DNA of 32,000 bases from Crocosphaera subtropica ATCC 51142 (lineage in GTDB: Bacteria > Cyanobacteriota > Cyanobacteriia > Cyanobacteriales > Microcystaceae): NCBI RefSeq assembly GCF_000017845.1, contig NC_010547.1:270001-302000 (forward strand), written 5' to 3'. A program made the translations under genes and the position numbers. This document shows, piece by piece, positions 17,399 through 23,242 of the stretch. A model generated the notes under the pieces. The model did not search any database and was not told the origin of the DNA. It saw only the letters and a list, made by a program, of their open reading frames with translations. Each line of letters starts with the position of its first letter. Position 1 is the stretch's first letter.

Positions 17399-17433
17399 AA
17401 TACCCTATTTTTTGATATAATAAATAGGGTATT
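17399..17433 (+). promoter_or_regulatory. 12-bp perfect inverted repeat enclosing a TATAAT hexamer, a candidate operator and promoter
   Basis: aataccctattt (17399-17410) pairs with aaatagggtatt (17422-17433). The loop contains tataat (17416-17421), 29 nt before the ATG at 17450. Confidence 0.4.
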
Positions 17434-17449
17434 TTTCTTATTTAAAATT

Positions 17450-17737
17450 ATGTTTGAAAAGAAAATAGAACAACTTTCAAAATCAGATATTACCTATATT
17501 TCTAAGCAAATTAATAAGCTTAAAGAATATAAAAATAATACCGAAGCTACTCACAACTGTTTGTGGCGCATTGCCAGTAACGCTGAACTTTTCTCTTTTG
17601 ATGAATTAGATCAAAAGGGGATATTAACCTCTAGGCAAATAGAGATAACATGGGCTTTTATTCGATATTTTGAGCGTCGTAATCAAAAAAGTTTCCTAGG
17701 ATATATTTGTCGGTTAGTTAAATTTATAATTAAGTAA
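17450..17737 (+). CDS. Hypothetical protein
   Basis: The 95-aa ORF has an ATG start downstream of the candidate promoter. I recognise no family. Confidence 0.45.
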   Translation: MFEKKIEQLSKSDITYISKQINKLKEYKNNTEATHNCLWRIASNAELFSFDELDQKGILTSRQIEITWAFIRYFERRNQKSFLGYICRLVKFIIK

Positions 17738-17833
17738 AAATAATGCTACAAAAGTATAATAAAATAAAAATAGTTAGTTTAACAATTGATTAATTACTAA
17801 GTTATTAAACTAAATTTAATTGAGGAAACTCTT

Positions 17834-18124
17834 ATGTTCAAAGAAGGATGTGTCGTACCATTGTTATTTCTGATATGTAGCTTTGGTTGGTTGATTCTGA
17901 GAGATATTGCTAAAGACGAAACTATAGTTTTCGTCAAGTTTTCGCAGCATCCAGATCAAACTTTTTCCTTGTCTGAGTTATCTTTAGAAAAATTAGAAGA
18001 AGAAGATTTGCTTAAAATAAAATGTGGTGATCGATTTCTCAGTATAAGCTCAAAAAATGTGGACAAAATAACAGGTAACTTCGAGTTTTCTAAAGACGAG
18101 GTAATTTACTGTGAGCGTTTATAA
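17834..18124 (+). CDS. Hypothetical protein with an N-terminal TM anchor
   Basis: A GAGGAA lies 7 nt upstream of the ATG. The N-terminus VVPLLFLICSFGWLIL is hydrophobic. Confidence 0.45.
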   Translation: MFKEGCVVPLLFLICSFGWLILRDIAKDETIVFVKFSQHPDQTFSLSELSLEKLEEEDLLKIKCGDRFLSISSKNVDKITGNFEFSKDEVIYCERL

Positions 18125-18186
18125 GTTGAATACCAAAAATAAAAATCACAAGGCTTTTTGATCCTTCCTCTTACCCTAGATTTACC

Positions 18187-18462
18187 ATGATTAAACTCAA
18201 ATACTATTTAATAATAGAATTAGCAAACAGAGCTAAACAAGCAGTATTCGGAGATACTTCTAATCTTAACGCAACTCAACAAGAAAAAATTGATTTACTT
18301 GAGTCAATCAGAAATTTTTTAACAGAAGATAAATATTTTAGTAAAGAATATTCACTAAAAAAAAGAATACTTAATTTTGTTTTTTTTGCTATTACTATTA
18401 GCACTCTTGGAGTATTTTACTATTTTTTTATTCTTTCACCGATCTATTATTACTATACCTAA
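18187..18462 (+). CDS. Hypothetical protein with a C-terminal TM segment
   Basis: The 91-aa ORF has an ATG start. Its 3' end overlaps the next ORF in another frame. Confidence 0.4.
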   Translation: MIKLKYYLIIELANRAKQAVFGDTSNLNATQQEKIDLLESIRNFLTEDKYFSKEYSLKKRILNFVFFAITISTLGVFYYFFILSPIYYYYT

Positions 18463-18682
18463 AAAATGTTCTTGGGATTTAATAGCATTAACTAAATCTA
18501 AAGATAGGTTAATAGATACAGTAAATATGATATCTATTATTATTATGGTTTTTTTTCTTTTTAATCTGATCAGTTCTTTAAAACTAAGAAAAGAAAAGTC
18601 TATTTTACAAATTCTTAAACTCCCTGGAATATCATTTATATTTTTGATGTTTCTCAAAGGAATAATTTATCTTATTTATTAA
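18377..18682 (+). CDS. Hypothetical multi-TM protein, possibly the frameshifted continuation of the previous ORF
   Basis: It has a TTG start inside a T-rich tract and overlaps 18187..18462 by 86 nt. The segments are hydrophobic. Confidence 0.3.
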   Translation: MFFLLLLLALLEYFTIFLFFHRSIITIPKKCSWDLIALTKSKDRLIDTVNMISIIIMVFFLFNLISSLKLRKEKSILQILKLPGISFIFLMFLKGIIYLIY

Positions 18683-18729
18683 GAAAGTAGTTTATTGAGA
18701 TTTTAATAATACTTAATACGAAAATAACT

Positions 18730-19251
18730 ATGGTTAAATTTAATTACTTTCAATCACAAAAGATATTAGATTCTGATTATTCGCCAATGACCAAAGAATT
18801 AAACCGACTTCTTAAAAACATTGATAATATCTTTTCCTGGGAGTTAGAAAATCGTCCCTTAACCGCTGCTAGAAATATCAACGAGCTAATCAAAGCAGTA
18901 ATAGAAAAATCTCCGACTACACCAGCAAAACTAGAATATAGAAAAGACGAGTTCAGATTAACAAAGTTAGGCATAATTAAGTTTTCTTTAGGAGAAGAGT
19001 TAGAATTTAGATACTGCAGGAAAGAGAGAATCCGTAGTCTAACTCTCCGAAAATTGCTAAGATATTTGCTATGGTTGCTAATTTTTGGAAAAGCTAAAGA
19101 TCAATATTTAGCGAAATTCACTGCTTGGGCTTCTGTTATTAATTTCTTACAACATTATTCAGATTTTTTCGAGTTTAGTGATGGTGCTAAAATAAATGAA
19201 TATGAAACTTTAATCATTAATTGGAGATATTATCATGAAGACCGAAATTAA
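18730..19251 (+). CDS. Hypothetical protein
   Basis: The 173-aa ORF has an ATG start. I recognise no family. Confidence 0.5.
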   Translation: MVKFNYFQSQKILDSDYSPMTKELNRLLKNIDNIFSWELENRPLTAARNINELIKAVIEKSPTTPAKLEYRKDEFRLTKLGIIKFSLGEELEFRYCRKERIRSLTLRKLLRYLLWLLIFGKAKDQYLAKFTAWASVINFLQHYSDFFEFSDGAKINEYETLIINWRYYHEDRN

Positions 19252-20056
19252 AACCCTTAATTACACAGAATCCTTACTATTTTGCTTAGCTACTTTGTTC
19301 AATAGGGATATAACTACATTATCTGTCTATACGGAGCAAAGTAGCTATTCAGATGATGTTTATCAACAATGTTTAGAAACTCTTAAAAGCCATCAAAAGC
19401 TTGATAGAAAATTAATGCAAGATAATCTACAAGTTTTTGATGAATCTACTTGGTATTTTGTCTACAAACGCTTTACTCGTTTATCTGAACTAAATTTTAA
19501 CAAAGATATACAAATTGTTTGGGAAGCTTTAGACTATGATTACAAAAACTTGCCTGATCAACTTTGGAAATATAATAGTAAAGATATTTTACAATTATAC
19601 GGAATAACAATAAAATTGCCGTCCTTTGTAGTTTACATAGAAAAATCAAGAACAAAATTTATTTTTTTTGAGAAAGAAATGATTAATATATGTCAAAATT
19701 ATTTAGAAGACTATTTTAAACCTTTAGATAAAGAAGTAGTAATAGAAAAACATAACCATATTCTCTGGGTTTCGGAATCAATTCCTAATCCTCAAATATT
19801 TGCTAATTATGCTATTTACGAAATTGATCAAATATTAATCACTAATCTATCAATAATACTTTATGGTTTTCTGATACTAGCTTATTTTGTCAATTTGATT
19901 ACGAGTCTTACAGTTAGTTGTTTTATCTTTTTTCTTTTTGTGCTTACTTATCGTTGGGTTACTGATTCTCTTTTAACCAAATTCACTTTATCTGATTGTC
20001 TTCTTTACTTAATATTGATTTTTGGGGTAGGTTTCTGTTTATTTTATTTATTGTGA
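19235..20056 (+). CDS. Hypothetical protein with a C-terminal multi-TM region
   Basis: The 273-aa ORF overlaps the previous gene by 17 nt. The last roughly 80 aa form 2-3 hydrophobic helices. Confidence 0.5.
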   Translation: MKTEIKTLNYTESLLFCLATLFNRDITTLSVYTEQSSYSDDVYQQCLETLKSHQKLDRKLMQDNLQVFDESTWYFVYKRFTRLSELNFNKDIQIVWEALDYDYKNLPDQLWKYNSKDILQLYGITIKLPSFVVYIEKSRTKFIFFEKEMINICQNYLEDYFKPLDKEVVIEKHNHILWVSESIPNPQIFANYAIYEIDQILITNLSIILYGFLILAYFVNLITSLTVSCFIFFLFVLTYRWVTDSLLTKFTLSDCLLYLILIFGVGFCLFYLL

Positions 20057-20067
20057 ATTACATTTAT

Positions 20068-20106
20068 TTAGCTTCTTCGCCAAGAAGCTAAGTATTGGTT
20101 TTTTGT
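20068..20106 (+). terminator. Rho-independent terminator
   Basis: This is a perfect 10-bp stem: ttagcttctt (20068-20077) pairs with aagaagctaa (20082-20091) around the loop cgcc. A T-rich tail (ggttttttgtgttt) follows, 12 nt after the stop at 20056. Confidence 0.75.
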
Positions 20107-20277
20107 GTTTGTTATTTATACCATTACTTTATTTTTCGTTCTTTATCTTAATAAAGAAAATTACTATATTTATGATACTCTAACTTTATTTCTATTTAAC
20201 ATTTTCTCAGCTACATTTATTAATTTTGTTCACCGCGTACTTATAATTTTTTCAGATAATATCTTGTAATTAAATCC

Positions 20278-20451
20278 ATGAAAAATTCAAAATCAATGAT
20301 TAAATTTTTTATCAAAGTAAGGAATATAGCAGGAGCAATATTCTTTATTTTTGCTACTGTGTGTAGTCTTTTCTCTCTAATTATGGCAATACTATATATT
20401 CTAGGATTTGATTTTGATACTAGACCTCTATGTTCACAACTTTCTCCTTAA
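20278..20451 (+). CDS. Possible 57-aa membrane peptide (below the ORF-track cutoff)
   Basis: I translated it by hand from the ATG at 20278: MKNSKSMIKFFIKVRNIAGAIFFIFATVCSLFSLIMAILYILGFDFDTRPLCSQLSP, with a stop at 20449-20451. Confidence 0.3.
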   Translation: MKNSKSMIKFFIKVRNIAGAIFFIFATVCSLFSLIMAILYILGFDFDTRPLCSQLSP

Positions 20452-20517
20452 CAAATAAAAGCAGCAATTCCTACTTTTTGGGATCAATTTAAGTTAGGTA
20501 TTAGCTATATCCTTTTT

Positions 20518-20895
20518 TTGGGAGGAATAATTACTTTTTTCGCTCTAATAACAGAATTTATCCGAAAAAGTGAAAAAGGGGATTTTTATGCTCCTGGGGA
20601 CTTTGATGCTCCTGGGGACTTTGATGCTCCTGGGGACTTTGATGATCGGCAATTCGACTTTCTACATTCTTCTTTTTTGATAATTGGATGTATTCTATGG
20701 ACAGGATTTAGTTATTATCAAGAAGTCATAGGCAAAAAAAATTGTCAGATTCATTTTGTTTTAAATGATTCAATTTTTTTCATAGTCACTGTTATACTCT
20801 TAGGCTTTTTTTATATTTTGTCTAGTATCCTTTTAGGCTATTGCGCTATAGCTTTTTGGAGGGAACTTTTAGAAGTTGATTTATCTAATGATTAA
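20518..20895 (+). CDS. Hypothetical membrane protein with an (APGDFD)x3 repeat loop
   Basis: It has a TTG start, and the true start is uncertain. TM segments flank the repeat GDFYAPGDFDAPGDFDAPGDFDD. Confidence 0.45.
   Translation: MGGIITFFALITEFIRKSEKGDFYAPGDFDAPGDFDAPGDFDDRQFDFLHSSFLIIGCILWTGFSYYQEVIGKKNCQIHFVLNDSIFFIVTVILLGFFYILSSILLGYCAIAFWRELLEVDLSND
20590..20643 (+). repeat. Perfect 18-nt tandem repeat x3 (gctcctggggactttgat)
   Basis: Three exact consecutive copies occupy 20590-20607, 20608-20625 and 20626-20643. A diverged partial copy (ggggatttttat) precedes them. Confidence 0.95.
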
Positions 20896-20928
20896 AAACT
20901 CGAAATAAATAAACAGTAAGCCATATTA

Positions 20929-21237
20929 CTATTTACTATTTTTAAGATTACTAATTTCATTTTCAAGATTTTTTATACGATTTTCAACAGATAATAAATA
21001 ATTGGCGTTTTTTACCGAATTGAGTTTCAAAAGCTCAATTAACTGCTTAAGATTAAAGTTTTCTGGTTTATAAAACCATGAAAGAGAAATCCCCGACTTT
21101 TGTACTACTAAATCTAAGGTAATAGATTGGTCTTCTTCTAGTAATTCAGAAATGGCAGTAAGTGCTTTAACCAAGGTTTGTTCTCTTTTATTAGCTGCTA
21201 TTTTTTGGCAGTGTTTGACCTGCTTTTGACTTCGCAT
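20929..21237 (-). CDS. Hypothetical HTH plus coiled-coil protein (DUF6262-like?)
   Basis: It has a basic N-terminus, VKALTAISELLEEDQSITLDLVVQKSGISLSWFYKP (HTH-like) and a C-terminal heptad (IKNLENEISNLKN). It resembles the small third gene of tyrosine-recombinase transposons. This comparison is from memory only. Confidence 0.4.
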   Translation of the reverse strand: MRSQKQVKHCQKIAANKREQTLVKALTAISELLEEDQSITLDLVVQKSGISLSWFYKPENFNLKQLIELLKLNSVKNANYLLSVENRIKNLENEISNLKNSK

Positions 21238-21417
21238 ACTTAAACTATTCTTAGCTAACTAAATATTTAGATTATTTTAATAATTTCTATTATCAAGATA
21301 GCATATTTATTTTAGGTTGTAGAAAAAATTATAGAACATTTATTAGCTTAAAAATATCTTTTCAAACCTTTAGTAGTAGTCTAAATTTAATTTAATACAG
21401 AGTTTTAAATAATCATC

Positions 21418-22272
21418 ATGGTTGCGAATTATCCTGATTTAAAAATAACAGATGCTTCTTCCTTGTCTCAATTACAAGCCGGTACGGCAAAAACTATAAT
21501 CGTGGAGGTAACTAATTTCGGTACTGAAACTAGACTTCCTTATTTCTTGGTAGAAGGGGAGAAAATAGGGAACGATCCTCTCAACGATTGGATTGAGATA
21601 AGTCCTCTACCTAATTGGCAAGATATTTCTCTTGATACAGGAGAATCAGAGTTTGTTCAGCTTGAAATTCAGCATCATAATGTTATTTACGAAACCAACG
21701 ATGTTGCGTCGTTTAAACTTACTGTTGATCCGAGAGACACAATTTTAGAAGGACATGAAAAATTATCTCAATTTGATCCTCTGAGTTATGATCCTTTACA
21801 AAAAATTCAGAGAACAATATCGATAAAAAATAATCCTGTCGATACTGATTATGAGATAAAAAATTTAATAGCGTCTCATTACAATTATCTCAAAACTGAA
21901 TTTGATATCGAAGTCGATAAAGCGGTTGACCCACTTACAGGCGAACTCAACTCAACTATCACTAATCAAGTCTTAGATTTACACAATCAAAACCAACTTG
22001 GAGGCATAGTAGATAATTTCGATGAGCATCTTTATATCGCTTCTTATGGTGATTTGATTCAAGCTTTTGGCTATGATGGTGAAGCTGCTTTAGATCATTA
22101 TCTTATGATGGGTGCGACAGAAGGCAGGGATCAACACCGATTTAACGCAGCCCAATATTTAGAAAATTACGGGGATATTCGAGATACCTATGGCTTAAAC
22201 GCTGATTTAGCTACAAAACATTTTATTGCCAATGGCTTTGCAGAAGGAAGAACTTATCAGGATATTTCCTAG
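21418..22272 (+). CDS. Hypothetical protein: N-terminal CARDB/Ig-like region plus two C-terminal ~35-aa repeats ending in EGR
   Basis: PDLKITDASSLSQLQAGTAKTIIVEVTNFG is CARDB-like. The repeats are YIASYGDLIQAFGYDGEAALDHYLMMGATEGR and YLENYGDIRDTYGLNADLATKHFIANGFAEGR. Confidence 0.55.
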   Translation: MVANYPDLKITDASSLSQLQAGTAKTIIVEVTNFGTETRLPYFLVEGEKIGNDPLNDWIEISPLPNWQDISLDTGESEFVQLEIQHHNVIYETNDVASFKLTVDPRDTILEGHEKLSQFDPLSYDPLQKIQRTISIKNNPVDTDYEIKNLIASHYNYLKTEFDIEVDKAVDPLTGELNSTITNQVLDLHNQNQLGGIVDNFDEHLYIASYGDLIQAFGYDGEAALDHYLMMGATEGRDQHRFNAAQYLENYGDIRDTYGLNADLATKHFIANGFAEGRTYQDIS

Positions 22273-22302
22273 TTTTTGAATATTCTCAAAAATTCTGATT
22301 TT

Positions 22303-22330
22303 ACACCATTTTTGTTATGGTGTTTTTTTT
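22303..22330 (+). terminator. Rho-independent terminator
   Basis: acaccat (22303-22309) pairs with atggtgt (22317-22323). A run of seven T (22324-22330) follows. Confidence 0.7.
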
Positions 22331-22629
22331 AGATGAATTTAGTTTAAATACAAAAATACTTATAAAGTTAGTCTTGATTTTTCATACTATCAATGGTACT
22401 ATAATTCCATTAGAAACTATCTCTTAGAATTTCTAATCAATTAACTACTTAGACGATAGTAGTTAATATCCCATTGCTCTATTTGAGTTCCCTATTTTTT
22501 TATCGGGTTTCTCTTACTCCTCAATAATTGAGGCAAAAAAAGAGGGAAAGATTAATTAGTCTTTACTTCTACTCCCTAATCTCTTCTACCTGGGAGAATA
22601 TCAACTTTTACCAAATTTGTTCTTCTCTC

Positions 22630-22910
22630 AGGATGATTACGGGGTAAAATTAAAGGAGCCATGCGAATGCAGGTAGTAAACGTGAACCAAATACCGATAA
22701 CCACAAAGTCCCCCCAAACGCAAAATCGCCGTCCCTGCTTAGCCTGGACAGCTGTATGGACGACGTTTCGCGGAAACGGGTTCTTTAGTTGTTTCTTGAA
22801 GGTTCACCCCAAGTTAAAAGGAGGTGAAGAGATGACGAGATTATAGTTTGCGTCTAAACGATGGTTAAAATCTTTAACCCACCACTAGAACAATTCTAGC
22901 ATTACTTTTG
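22630..22910. other. GC-richer, hairpin-dense non-coding island upstream of the replication gene (candidate structured RNA or origin component)
   Basis: I found these local stems by eye: cgtttc/gaaacg (about 22766-22780), ttcacc/ggtgaa (about 22803-22828), ggttaaa/tttaacc (about 22863-22879) and ctagaa/ttctag (about 22885-22899). The composition is clearly less AT-rich than the flanks. The only ORF is an implausible 61-aa one. Confidence 0.25.
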
Positions 22911-23242
22911 TGGGATAGATGATCTTTTTGCTCAAAATTTTGGCTAACAGAATTTTGGGACAGGATACCTATATTCAGTTAGATAATTATAATCTCGAAT
23001 ATTTCTGCTTTTTAAAGGATTATTCAAGACTCATAAGAGCAGAGCTAGTAAATAACTACAGAATAAAAGAATTAACTACAGCTATCACTGTATAGCTCTA
23101 TATTTTGTTAGAAGTTGATTAATGAGCAATCTCTAACAAACTTTTCAGTTGAACATTTTTCGTCCTACGACGATGTTCGATGTTGAACTGCTTCATTGGC
23201 GGTTCTACTTTCCCATGCCAAAAAATATCTCTGCAATAAATC

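Noticed and set aside
22661-22846. 61-aa ORF in the GC-richer island, preceded by AGGAG
   Set aside because: The AGGAG is only 2 nt from the first ATG. The peptide is Trp/Cys/Arg-rich with no recognisable fold, and the region is better explained as structured non-coding DNA or RNA. A small protein cannot be fully excluded.
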